From Clostridia bacterium (GTDB lineage: Bacteria; Bacillota; Clostridia; Christensenellales; DTU072): 64,000 bases of DNA. Both the position numbers and the translations under genes were made by a program. The DNA lies in NCBI GenBank assembly GCA_016297005.1, contig JAEDHK010000002.1, positions 132,837 through 196,836 on the forward strand, read 5' to 3'. The first letter of the stretch is position 1. Each line of letters opens with the position of its first letter. The notes beneath the pieces were generated by a model. The model was given only the letters and a program-made list of their open reading frames with translations. It was not told the DNA's origin and did not search any database. Shown piece after piece: positions 1 to 8,475 of this stretch.

Positions 1-180
1 TCCTACTCGTCCGCCGCGCGGTCCGTTACTCCGCACGATGGGTCCATATCGGACGTATTTTCAGATAAGCAGCTCACGGGTGTATTTTCGAACGATCGCT
101 TTCCTTCCGTCTTGCACCGACCGACGTCTCTCTGTCAGGGACATGCGCGTCTACTATTCCCGTTCAACGCTTTTTGAAGT
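1..180 (-). promoter_or_regulatory. T-box riboswitch leader, stem I (continues past the left edge); probable Tyr (UAC) specifier
   Basis: Minus strand from ~180 reads GTTGAACGGGAATAGTA (GA/K-turn plus AGTA). It continues with AGAGAG...GGTGCAAG (AG bulge and distal loop). Then comes GAAAAUAC-A-CCCGU, where CCCGU pairs back to ACGGG. The layout parallels the B. subtilis tyrS leader as I recall it. The antiterminator and regulated gene lie outside the window. Confidence 0.55.
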
Positions 181-187
181 TTTTTTA

Positions 188-216
188 AGCATAACAAACT
201 CAAAAACATTTGTCAA
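188..216 (-). promoter_or_regulatory. sigma-A-type promoter for the T-box leader
   Basis: Minus strand TTGACA (216-211), 17-nt spacer, TATGCT (193-188). Confidence 0.55.
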
Positions 217-370
217 TAATTTATCAAAAAAAACTAGATTGGCTCAAAAATATAGGATAATTACGTCCGCATAAAACTAAATCTTCTTATTGCGAGTAAA
301 GCCTCCTGATTGGCGGTGCGGTTTGCTCCCTTGAAACAAAACGCAAAGAGCGGTTGGTCGGCGAACCTAA

Positions 371-1537
371 TTAAAACTTCTTTAATACGGCGACCTTCAA
401 ATACAATCCCTCTTCCGCTCCCAATAAGAACGCATGGTCGCGCGCCTGCGTGCGTAATTCAACGAATCGCACCGGCGTTTTAGCCGCTACGCTCGCCTCC
501 GTCAGCATTTGCATAAAGAGCGGAACGGTAAGATGCTGAGAACAACTGCAAGTCACGAGAGTTCCGCCGTTATTTAAAAGTTTAAGTGCCTGTGTGTTGA
601 TATCACGGTACCCATAATACCCGTTTTTGACAGAATCAACCGTTTTTATGAAAGCGGGCGGATCGAGAATGATAACGTCGAATTTTTTACCTTCCTTCTT
701 ATAGTCTTTGAGCAGTTGGAACACGTCGGCGGCAATGGTAACGACGTTTTTGAAACCATTCATTGCGGCATTCTTTCGTACGCTCTCCAAAGCCGATTCG
801 CTGATGTCGGCGGCGACGACTTCTTTTGCGCCGTACTTTGCCGCGCACAAAGAAAATCCTCCTTGATTGCAAAAGCAGTCCAGAACGGTCTTATCTTTTA
901 CGTATCTTTTCAGATTGTCTCGATTTTCTTTTTGATCGAGGAAGTAGCCCGTTTTTTGTCCGTTTTCCACATCGATGCCCATTTTGATACTGTTTTCTTC
1001 TATGACGAGATCTTTATTGAGCTTCCCGTACAATAACCCTTTGGTCTGTTGCAGTCCCTCCTTTTCACGCACGGCCACGTCGCTCCGCTCGTAGATACAA
1101 GCAGGGTGAAAAAGATCGACCAAAATATCCACGATCATTTGCTTCCGCACTTCCATACCGAGGGCTAAAAACTGTACGCTTAGATGGTCGCCGTACTTAT
1201 CGACGATAAGGGCAGGCAAAAGATCGCTTTCGCCGAAAACGACGCGGTAACTGTCGCCGTATCCCAAACTTTCGCGGTATTCTTTGGCCATTTTTATCCT
1301 GTTATAAAAAAATTCCCGATCCACCGGAGTCTCGTCGCGGGAGAGGATACGAACCAAAATTTTTGATTTATGATTAATAAATCCGTACCCGACGAACCGT
1401 CCGTCGAAGGCCTGTACGCGAGCGATACTGCCCTGCGCGTCTTTTCCTTCGATCCTGGACACCTCGTTGGCGTACACCCAAGGATGAAATTGCATAATGC
1501 GCTTTTCTTCCCCTTTTTTCAGCGTAACGGTATACAT
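371..1537 (-). CDS. rlmI: class I SAM-dependent rRNA methyltransferase, RlmI/YwbD-like (PUA + MTase)
   Basis: ORF 371..1591 trimmed to the ATG at 1537 (MYTVTLKKGEEKRI...), which lies just after the trmB stop. Motifs: HPWVYANEV PUA-like N-terminus, VLDCFCNQGGFS SAM-binding motif, DVIILDPPAF. Confidence 0.8.
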   Translation of the reverse strand: MYTVTLKKGEEKRIMQFHPWVYANEVSRIEGKDAQGSIARVQAFDGRFVGYGFINHKSKILVRILSRDETPVDREFFYNRIKMAKEYRESLGYGDSYRVVFGESDLLPALIVDKYGDHLSVQFLALGMEVRKQMIVDILVDLFHPACIYERSDVAVREKEGLQQTKGLLYGKLNKDLVIEENSIKMGIDVENGQKTGYFLDQKENRDNLKRYVKDKTVLDCFCNQGGFSLCAAKYGAKEVVAADISESALESVRKNAAMNGFKNVVTIAADVFQLLKDYKKEGKKFDVIILDPPAFIKTVDSVKNGYYGYRDINTQALKLLNNGGTLVTCSCSQHLTVPLFMQMLTEASVAAKTPVRFVELRTQARDHAFLLGAEEGLYLKVAVLKKF

Positions 1538-1538
1538 T

Positions 1539-2225
1539 TTATTCCTTCTTTTCGGCGATGATTTCGTAAATAGGTAAGCCCATATTGACAAATCGCCTTT
1601 CGTATTCTGTCTGGATATTGATTTCGATCAGATCGCTCCGATAAAGATCAGTCTCGGCACGCAACACGTTGAATCCGCTTTCCGCGAATTGTTCTTTCGA
1701 GTACTCGAAAAAATCCCGGCTGTCCGTCTTTAAATAGATCTTTCCGCCGGGGACGAGCATTTCTTGATACAACGCCAAAAACCGCGGATGCGTCAGCCGT
1801 TGCCGAACGTACGGACCTTTGGGAAGGGGCGTGGAAAAATTAAGAAAAATTTCCTGCACTGAACCGGGACGGAAATAGCGAGGCAAAACTTCGCATGGGG
1901 AGTGCAGAAACAAAAGATTGGTTGGTTGCGGCTCGGCCGCGTCGGCCGCCATCAAAGCGGAAACGATAATATTCGCGTTTCGTTCTACGGCGACAAGGTT
2001 TTTCTCGGGGTTCCTGCGAGAAAATTCCACCGCAAAAGAGCCTTTTCCGCAGCCGATCTCCAAGCTGACGGGGAGATCTTTCTGAAAATGCTTCGACCAA
2101 TCGAAATAGGCTTTCTCCTGTACGGCAACCAAGGCGTTTTGCGAAGAAGCCGGGGCGGTGGGGAGCAAAAATCTCCTGCACCGCTCCAAGTGAGCGTCTA
2201 AATTATGCTTTCGTCTTTGTCTCAT
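1539..2225 (-). CDS. trmB: tRNA (guanine-N7)-methyltransferase TrmB-like (variant signature motif)
   Basis: Collinear with B. subtilis TrmB as recalled: LEIGCGKGSF SAM motif, KTDSRDFFEY, TEYERRF. The usual NFxDPWPKKRH reads NFSTPLPKGPY. Confidence 0.75.
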   Translation of the reverse strand: MRQRRKHNLDAHLERCRRFLLPTAPASSQNALVAVQEKAYFDWSKHFQKDLPVSLEIGCGKGSFAVEFSRRNPEKNLVAVERNANIIVSALMAADAAEPQPTNLLFLHSPCEVLPRYFRPGSVQEIFLNFSTPLPKGPYVRQRLTHPRFLALYQEMLVPGGKIYLKTDSRDFFEYSKEQFAESGFNVLRAETDLYRSDLIEINIQTEYERRFVNMGLPIYEIIAEKKE

Positions 2226-3406
2226 TTTTCGTAAGTAGCAAAGAGCGCTTTAAAGGCGGGCAAAGACCGGACGATCATGTCGTAAGAAACGCAATAAGAA
2301 ATGCGTACAAAACCGGGCGCGCCGAAAGTATCTCCGGGGACAAGGAGCAGGCCGAAGTTCTTGGCTCTGTCAGAAAAGGCGTTAGCGTCCGGCTCCGGCG
2401 TTTTCATCATCAGATAAAAGGCACCTTGCGGTTTAATACACTCGAACCCGATCTCCGTCAGCGACGAATACAGAAGTTTTCTGTTCTTGTCATACGCAGC
2501 CACGTCGGCGGGAGCGTCCACGCAATCAAGCAGGATCCGCTGAAAAAGGTGGGGCGCACAGACGTAGCCGAGAGCTCGACCGGCGCCGCATACGGCATAA
2601 TACAGTTCTTGCGCCTGCCGCGCTTTCGGACTGACGGCGATATAACCGATTCTTTCGCCGGGGAGAGACAACGACTTGCTGTAACTGTAACAGACCACGA
2701 CGTCGTCGTAATAATTCATCAGATACGGCACGAACACGCCGTCATACACGATTTCTCTATACGGCTCATCCGAAATAAGAAAGATCGGGTGCCCATACTC
2801 TTTTTCTTTGTCGCCCAAAAGTGCACAAAGAGCTTTGATTTCTTCTTCGGAATAGACTGCGCCGGACGGATTATTGGGGGAGTTGATAATAACGCCCTTG
2901 GTGTTTTCGTCGATCAATTTTGCGGCCGCCTGCAAATTCATTTTGCAGTCGTCTTTCATCGGAACCACGCGTAAAGCAGCTCCCGTGGCTTCGGTAAAAA
3001 CGGTATACTCGGGAAAGAACGGCGCAAAACAGAGGAAGTTGTCTCCATCCTCTTTCAATGCTTTCAGCGTAATGCAAAGAGCCGCCGCCGCGCCCACGGT
3101 CAGATAGATGAGATCGGGGCTCACGAGCACGTTATGGCACTTCTCGATATGAGCGGCAACGGCCTTTCTGACGTCCGGGTCGCCCTGTGCGGAAGAGTAG
3201 CCGTGCAAAACGGTGCTCTTGGGCATGTCGATCTGTTTCTGAATGGATTCTTTAACGATCGCAGGGGCAGGCACGCTGGGGTTGCCTAACGAAAAGTCGT
3301 ATACCTTATCGGCGCCTTCTTTGGCGGCGAGCTGTTTTCCGAACTCAAACAATTCCCGAATGACGGAGCGGTTGCTCCCCAAACGGTGCATTTTTTCATT
3401 GAACAT
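2222..3406 (-). CDS. PLP-dependent aminotransferase, class I/II (AspB/AlaT-like)
   Basis: 394 aa with the PLP-lysine motif SYSKSLSLPGERIGY and NPSGAVY. Overlaps the trmB start by 4 nt. Confidence 0.8.
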   Translation of the reverse strand: MFNEKMHRLGSNRSVIRELFEFGKQLAAKEGADKVYDFSLGNPSVPAPAIVKESIQKQIDMPKSTVLHGYSSAQGDPDVRKAVAAHIEKCHNVLVSPDLIYLTVGAAAALCITLKALKEDGDNFLCFAPFFPEYTVFTEATGAALRVVPMKDDCKMNLQAAAKLIDENTKGVIINSPNNPSGAVYSEEEIKALCALLGDKEKEYGHPIFLISDEPYREIVYDGVFVPYLMNYYDDVVVCYSYSKSLSLPGERIGYIAVSPKARQAQELYYAVCGAGRALGYVCAPHLFQRILLDCVDAPADVAAYDKNRKLLYSSLTEIGFECIKPQGAFYLMMKTPEPDANAFSDRAKNFGLLLVPGDTFGAPGFVRISYCVSYDMIVRSLPAFKALFATYEK

Positions 3407-3409
3407 GAT

Positions 3410-4546
3410 TTATTGTTTCTCCTTTTTCTCGGCGTCGGCCTTTTCTTTTAAGATCTTCGCGTACTCTTCGTCGTCGAAGGGCAAAGAAACAGACTCCTTA
3501 CGCCAGTTCGATAAGTAAATCCCATTGATCAGCGTCAGCGCGCAAAGGCCCTCTTCCCCCCGGGCTACCAGGAGGTCTCTGTTTCCGCTGTCGACAGCCT
3601 TCCCGAAGGCTTCGATTACGCGCCATTGCTGTCCGTAAATAAGGTCGACCGCTTTGCGGATCGGACCGTAGCCGTATCGATAGGTGCGCATGGGCGTCGA
3701 ACCGTACCCCCGGGTGGTCTCCGCGTTGACTTGCGGCTCCGACTTTTTAAGGATGGTATAGGTCATCTTCCAGCTGGTAATGACGATGGTACCCTTCGTA
3801 CCGACGATGGTAAAACGGTTTTCGCCGGGCAGTTCGTGCGTGGACGCGCAGAAATAGCAATCGAAGTCCTTATATCCGAACACGGCATACAGATCGTTTT
3901 CCGTGCTGATATTTCTTCCCACAGTGCGACAAGACGACGTTATCCTCTCCGGCATACCGAGCAACCATTGCACAAGATCGAGCTGATGCACGCATTGATT
4001 GATGAGCGTACCGCCGCCCTCTCCGGACCAACTTGCTCTCCAACCTCCCTGGTTATAATATGCCTGTGAACGGTACCAGTCCGTAATGACGTAGTTTGCG
4101 CGCTGTATCTTGCCGATCGCGCCGCTCTCTATCAATTCTTTCGCCTTACGGTACATCCGATTGGTACGTTGATTGAACATCATCCCGAAAAACACTTCCG
4201 GATGCGCCTTAGCCGTTTCAATGACCGACTTCGCTTCCAACGTGGTAACGGTCAGCGGTTTTTCTACCACGGTATGTAATCCCGCCGTAATACAATCTTT
4301 CGCGATCTGTCCGTGAAAATAGTGCGGAACGGCGATCATGACGGCCTTACATACGCCCGACTCAATCAAATCCTTATGATTATAAAATCCTTTGACGGAA
4401 GGATGCTTTTTGCAAAAATCATCCACCTTTTTCTTATCCACGTCGCAAACGGCGACCAGTCTGGATCCTTTCATTCTGCCGGCAGCCAGATTGCCGGCGT
4501 GTTTTCCACCCATTCTTCCGATGCCGATAACAGCAAAATCAGCCAT
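3410..4546 (-). CDS. Gfo/Idh/MocA family oxidoreductase
   Basis: N-terminal Rossmann segment FAVIGIGRMGGKHA, VVEKPL (EKP) motif, 378 aa. Confidence 0.75.
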   Translation of the reverse strand: MADFAVIGIGRMGGKHAGNLAAGRMKGSRLVAVCDVDKKKVDDFCKKHPSVKGFYNHKDLIESGVCKAVMIAVPHYFHGQIAKDCITAGLHTVVEKPLTVTTLEAKSVIETAKAHPEVFFGMMFNQRTNRMYRKAKELIESGAIGKIQRANYVITDWYRSQAYYNQGGWRASWSGEGGGTLINQCVHQLDLVQWLLGMPERITSSCRTVGRNISTENDLYAVFGYKDFDCYFCASTHELPGENRFTIVGTKGTIVITSWKMTYTILKKSEPQVNAETTRGYGSTPMRTYRYGYGPIRKAVDLIYGQQWRVIEAFGKAVDSGNRDLLVARGEEGLCALTLINGIYLSNWRKESVSLPFDDEEYAKILKEKADAEKKEKQ

Positions 4547-5192
4547 TTAGTAATCTCTCCTTAAAATATTTTTTTGCTTCTCGCGGACAATGCGTCGTCA
4601 GGTTCGAAAAGTTGTAACAAGACAGCTTTTCGAGGGCGATGGGATCGTCCACCGTGTAGACGGACAAAGCAAGCCCCGCGTCCGCCGCCGCGGCATAAAA
4701 TCCCGGTTCCGTCCACTTATAATTGATATTCAGTCCCACGACGCGCTCGCCGTGCTTTTTTAAAGCCTCTTTCAAAACCTCGGCGTCCTCCGGCACCGGT
4801 CGCAATCCCTTGCAGAAGGGATATACGTTGGCATATAGCACCCCGGCCGAAAGTTTTTTTGCCTCCTTGGGAGACACGTTTCCGGTATAGATAATCTGTT
4901 CGTCCATTCCCATAGACAAGACGAGATCCTGCACTTTCTCAAATATGCCGTGTTCTTTTACGTCGAGATTGATCTTGACGTTCTTTTCTTTGGCGACGGA
5001 AAGCGCTTCCGCCAAAGCAGTCTTTTTCTGCGGAAAGAGCGAAGGAAAATGCGACAGGTACAGACATCCTTTCCTATACCGCACGTCCACTTCGAACGCG
5101 TCGGCCGAGATCCGTCCGCTTCCGACCGCTTCTAAATAATCTCTGCCGTTTGGTTTCGTTTTTTGCGCACCGCTGTGCGCTGTGATCAACAT
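4539..5192 (-). CDS. glycerophosphodiester phosphodiesterase (GDPD)-family protein
   Basis: 217 aa. N-terminal LITAHSGA and a TIM-barrel-like pattern resembling small UgpQ-like GDPDs. This is a motif-level call only. Confidence 0.5.
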   Translation of the reverse strand: MLITAHSGAQKTKPNGRDYLEAVGSGRISADAFEVDVRYRKGCLYLSHFPSLFPQKKTALAEALSVAKEKNVKINLDVKEHGIFEKVQDLVLSMGMDEQIIYTGNVSPKEAKKLSAGVLYANVYPFCKGLRPVPEDAEVLKEALKKHGERVVGLNINYKWTEPGFYAAAADAGLALSVYTVDDPIALEKLSCYNFSNLTTHCPREAKKYFKERLLNG

Positions 5193-5386
5193 CCCTCTTC
5201 GTTCTCCCTGAAAATGCCGTCAGAAATCGACAACTAAATACATTATACATGCGCGCATAGCAAAATGCAAGCCACTTTTTACATCCTTTTGCCCCTTTTC
5301 GTCTTCTTGTATGCAGTCGGAATCAATAAAAACCGATTTTCAGTCATGTATTGATTTTCCTGAAAAAAAAGTTTAAAATAATATTC

Positions 5387-6298
5387 ATGAGAAAAGAAAG
5401 CACCGAATTGAACGTAAAGGCTCCCAAAGTCAGAACCGCCGTCCTGACGAGAAAAATCGGGAGCAGAATCAAAAACTTTTTTACCTATAATCCGCCCGGC
5501 AGAAATCCCCGCGTATGGGAACTGGACCTTCTGCGCGGAATTATGATGCTTGCCGTCACTCTCGATCACATCTTACTGTTCCTGTATGAGTGGCAATTCA
5601 TAAATTTCAATACCGAAATCGGTCAAAGAATAATGGATTTTGCTTATCTCTATCGTAACGGCTCTTTCCGGGACGCCATGCAACCGCTCTCATTGTTTTT
5701 GTTTTCTTTTCTTGCCGGTCTGAATTGTCGATTTACTCGAAGCAGTTTTCGTCGGGTGCTGAAATTCTGGATCTTTTGCGCCCTTTTCATGGGTGGGTTC
5801 GCCCTTATTAAGGTCATCTTTCCAAATATGCTCGCCGTTTATCTCATTTTTAATATCGTCACCGTTCTCGCCATATCTTTCACTGTCTGGTGGCTCTTGG
5901 ACCTCGTCAAATTACCCGCCTGGATACGGGCCTCGATCGGTACCGTCCTGATCGTCATCGGTATGGTATGCTACTACAAATATTTTGCTGAATCGGAAGA
6001 TTTTTACGTGCAAAACGAGTTTTTGGCGCTTATGGTCTATAACAGACACGGGTTTGAAATGTCCGCCAATAATTTTGAGCCCCTTCTTCCCCATCTCGGT
6101 TGGTTTTTGATCGGCGGCGTCATCGGTATGTTCGCTTATCCCGACAATAAAACCCACTGTAAACAGATCTATCCGCCCAAGCCGTTACGGCCCTTGCTCC
6201 TTATCGGAAAGCACTCGCTCTTCTTCTATCTTACCGGCCCCGTTATTATCCTCGCTCCGTTGTGGCTCGTCGTGTTGATCGTCGGTTTATTCCTATAA
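5387..6298 (+). CDS. multi-pass membrane protein, DUF1624 / heparan-glucosaminide N-acetyltransferase-like
   Basis: WELDLLRGIMMLAVTLDH resembles the DUF1624 N-terminal signature, and about 7 hydrophobic segments follow. Start is uncertain: TTG at 5351 or ATG at 5387, neither with a clear RBS. Confidence 0.45.
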   Translation: MRKESTELNVKAPKVRTAVLTRKIGSRIKNFFTYNPPGRNPRVWELDLLRGIMMLAVTLDHILLFLYEWQFINFNTEIGQRIMDFAYLYRNGSFRDAMQPLSLFLFSFLAGLNCRFTRSSFRRVLKFWIFCALFMGGFALIKVIFPNMLAVYLIFNIVTVLAISFTVWWLLDLVKLPAWIRASIGTVLIVIGMVCYYKYFAESEDFYVQNEFLALMVYNRHGFEMSANNFEPLLPHLGWFLIGGVIGMFAYPDNKTHCKQIYPPKPLRPLLLIGKHSLFFYLTGPVIILAPLWLVVLIVGLFL

Positions 6299-6323
6299 TC
6301 TCAAAATAATTAACGCATTAAAA

Positions 6324-6365
6324 CAAAAGCCCTCTCGCTTCGCTACGAAAGGGCTTTTGTTTTAT
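6324..6365. terminator. bidirectional rho-independent terminator between convergent genes
   Basis: AAAAGCCCTcTCG...CGAaAGGGCTTTT hairpin flanked by A- and T-runs. Confidence 0.65.
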
Positions 6366-6372
6366 AATAAGT

Positions 6373-7731
6373 CTATCCCAAGATTGAGACGGCAAGACCG
6401 CAATATAGGATCAAAGAAAGAGCGTCGACAATAGTCGTAATGAACGGGCTGGCAACGACGGCCGGATCGAGCTTGACCTTTTTAGCAAGCATCGGCAGCA
6501 TGCATCCGACCAACTTAGCGATTACGACGGTACACATTAAAGCAAGAGACACGACCAAGCAGGTAAAGGGCGTATAGTCCTTATACCCGAAAAGCAGATT
6601 GTCTATGAGCATCAATTTACCAAAGCACGCCACCGCCAAAGAAACGGCCAAAAGGAGCGAGGCTCTGATTTCTTTCCATAACACGCGGAACGCGTCTTTT
6701 GTAGTAATCTCGTTCAGCGCAAGAGAACGAATAACGGTGACCGACGCCTGAGAGCCGGCGTTACCGCCCGTGTCCATAATCATCGGCACGCAGGCAAAAA
6801 GCACCGAACTGATCAGGGATAATTTACCTTCGAACGTATTCAGAATAAGACCGGTAAACGTGGCCGAAACCATAAGAACAAGCAACCACGGAATGCGGTT
6901 TCGCCAGATGGCGAAGACGCTCGTCTTCAAATAGGGCTTATCGCTCGGCTTAACGGCGGCCATCTTAGCGATATCTTCGGTGTTCTCTTCCTGCAAGACG
7001 TCCATAGCGTCGTCGATGGTAATGATACCGACCAATCTTACTTCGCTGTCCACAACGGGGATTGCCAGAAAAGAATACTTATCGAACATCTGCGCGGCCG
7101 TTTCTTTATCGGCATGCGTTTCAATATAAATAACGTGATCCTCCATGATGTCTTCTACTTTCGTTTCATACGAATGGAGCAAAAGATCTTTGACCGTAAC
7201 AAGTCCCAGCAAGTGTCGACAATCGTCGATAACGTAACAAGTATAAACCGTCTCTTTATCGATACCGTTTTTTCTGATCTGCGCGAAGCTCTCCTCGACC
7301 GTCATCGTCGGATAGAGATAGACGTACTCGGTCGTCATGATTGAGCCGGCGCTGTCCTCAGGATATTGTAAAATAGTATTGATGGCCGATCTCGTCTCTG
7401 CGTCTGCCTGTTGCAAAATACGCCTGACTATGCTTGCCGGCATCTCTTCGATAAGATCAACGGCGTCGTCGACGTACAGTTCGTCCATAATCTGCTTTAA
7501 TTCTTTATCGGAAAAGCGCCTGATCAGGATTTCTTGCAGGTCGCTGTCCATCTCGACGAACGTTTCCGCCGCAAGATCTTTCGGGAGCAGGCGAAAAACG
7601 ACGGGAAGATCGCTCTCGTCCACCTCGGACAGAATATGCGCAACGTCCGCTCCGTTCATTTCGGAAAGAATCGGTTTCAGTTCTTTAAAATTCCTTTGTT
7701 CAAGAAGAGAAAAAATAATTTGCTCATCCAT
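6373..7731 (-). CDS. mgtE: magnesium transporter MgtE
   Basis: N-terminal MgtE domain, tandem CBS region and a C-terminal 5-TM domain with DTGGNAGSQ. Start trimmed to the ATG at 7731 (MDEQII...), preceded by GGAGG 6 nt upstream. Confidence 0.9.
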   Translation of the reverse strand: MDEQIIFSLLEQRNFKELKPILSEMNGADVAHILSEVDESDLPVVFRLLPKDLAAETFVEMDSDLQEILIRRFSDKELKQIMDELYVDDAVDLIEEMPASIVRRILQQADAETRSAINTILQYPEDSAGSIMTTEYVYLYPTMTVEESFAQIRKNGIDKETVYTCYVIDDCRHLLGLVTVKDLLLHSYETKVEDIMEDHVIYIETHADKETAAQMFDKYSFLAIPVVDSEVRLVGIITIDDAMDVLQEENTEDIAKMAAVKPSDKPYLKTSVFAIWRNRIPWLLVLMVSATFTGLILNTFEGKLSLISSVLFACVPMIMDTGGNAGSQASVTVIRSLALNEITTKDAFRVLWKEIRASLLLAVSLAVACFGKLMLIDNLLFGYKDYTPFTCLVVSLALMCTVVIAKLVGCMLPMLAKKVKLDPAVVASPFITTIVDALSLILYCGLAVSILG

Positions 7732-7744
7732 GATAACCTCCGTT

Positions 7745-7915
7745 ACAGTTGAAGTCGTAAATCGGGGCACAGGGGCAAAAGGTTATTTATTAAAAAAGGC
7801 TTTTATCGTACGGCACAAACAAATGTCCCCCATAACGGAACGTCGCCCAAATAACCGCTCTCTGTGCCCGTGCTACTTGCGGGTTCCATCTGCATGCCTC
7901 CTTAAATTTTTTTCA
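7745..7915 (-). promoter_or_regulatory. structured 5' leader of mgtE, possible M-box (ykoK-type) Mg2+ riboswitch
   Basis: About 170-nt GC-richer leader in an AT-rich spacer. It contains TTAAGGAGGC, GGGCGACGTTCCGTTATGGGGG (cf. M-box GACG..AAUGGG) and a long-range GGCACA/TGTGCC pairing. Only partial agreement with the consensus as I remember it. Confidence 0.4.
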
Positions 7916-8019
7916 CTAACATTATACTCATCGTCATTTTTTCTGTCAACCTGCAAGAAGAAAACTTTTCCCTCTCCGGACTCATTTTTTCTTTTCTCTC
8001 AAAACAATAAAAATTTCGC

Positions 8020-8048
8020 TTGCTTTTTTACGAAACACATGTTATAAT
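8020..8048 (+). promoter_or_regulatory. promoter of tRNA-Val
   Basis: TTGCTT (8020-8025), 17-nt spacer, TGtTATAAT (-10 at 8043-8048). The tRNA starts 11 nt downstream. Confidence 0.55.
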
Positions 8049-8059
8049 GCAAACGCTTT

Positions 8060-8135
8060 GGGATATTAACTCAGCTGGTAGAGTGTCTTCTTGACGTGGA
8101 GAAAGTCAGCGGTTCGAGTCCGTTATATCCCACCA
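8060..8135 (+). tRNA. tRNA-Val (anticodon GAC), CCA encoded
   Basis: Hand-folded cloverleaf. Acceptor GGGATAT/ATATCCC, D arm ACTC..GAGT, anticodon stem TCTTC/GGAGA with loop TTGACGT, T arm AGCGG-TTCGAGT-CCGTT, 3' ACCA. Confidence 0.9.
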
Positions 8136-8141
8136 AAAAGG

Positions 8142-8176
8142 ACCTAAGACGAACTTGTCTTAGGTTCTTTTTTATA
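8142..8176 (+). terminator. rho-independent terminator after tRNA-Val
   Basis: ACCTAAGAC-gaactt-GTCTTAGGT followed by TCTTTTTT. Confidence 0.75.
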
Positions 8177-8203
8177 CGATCCGAAAGCGAGAGCGAAGGA
8201 TCG

Positions 8204-8405
8204 GTATGTAATCATGCCCATGGCGTGTGTGTAATTGCAAGGCAAAACCTTGCGTATGTAATCGCCCAGTAAGAGCGTATGAATTTTCCGTTATCGGATC
8301 GATTACATACAAAATTGCGTTTTGATTACATACAGCGTTTCATACTGATGACATACATTGCTTATGCAATGATTACATGCAACGCATTTTGCGTTGATTA
8401 TGGAT
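8204..8405. repeat. symmetric array of a 10-12 bp motif (GC)GTATGTAATC / GATTACATAC with ~23-bp period
   Basis: Forward copies at 8204, 8227 (gtgtgtaatt), 8254 and 8277 (gtatgaattt). Inverted copies at 8301, 8324, 8347 (gatgacatac), 8371 (gattacatgc) and 8396 (weak). Paired copies are mirror-symmetric about ~8292. Confidence 0.8.
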
Positions 8406-8421
8406 AGTTGATTAATAAACA

Positions 8422-8430
8422 TGTTATAAT
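8422..8430 (+). promoter_or_regulatory. extended -10 promoter element (TGtTATAAT) for the phosphoesterase gene
   Basis: TG at 8422-8423 and TATAAT at 8425-8430, about 45 nt upstream of the ATG at 8476. No good -35. Confidence 0.4.
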
Positions 8431-8475
8431 AGAAAAGCAAAGAATATCGACGAAAGACATGGAAAGGACTAAAAG

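Noticed and set aside
1-60. Possible 5S rRNA end (minus-strand GAGTAGGA at the edge)
   Set aside because: The flanking sequence does not match the conserved 5S helix IV/V segment. The region fits a T-box leader instead.
38-274. 78-aa plus-strand ORF at the window start
   Set aside because: It overlaps the minus-strand T-box leader and its promoter, has no RBS, and is better explained as non-coding.
7337-8047. 236-aa plus-strand ORF
   Set aside because: It is antisense to the mgtE 5' half and runs through the leader and the tRNA promoter. The translation is Ser/Cys/Arg-rich nonsense.
8204-8405. CRISPR array hypothesis for the GATTACATAC repeats
   Set aside because: The repeat core is only 10-12 bp with a ~23-bp period. 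The copies occur in both orientations, there are no 30-40 bp unique spacers, and there are no cas genes.
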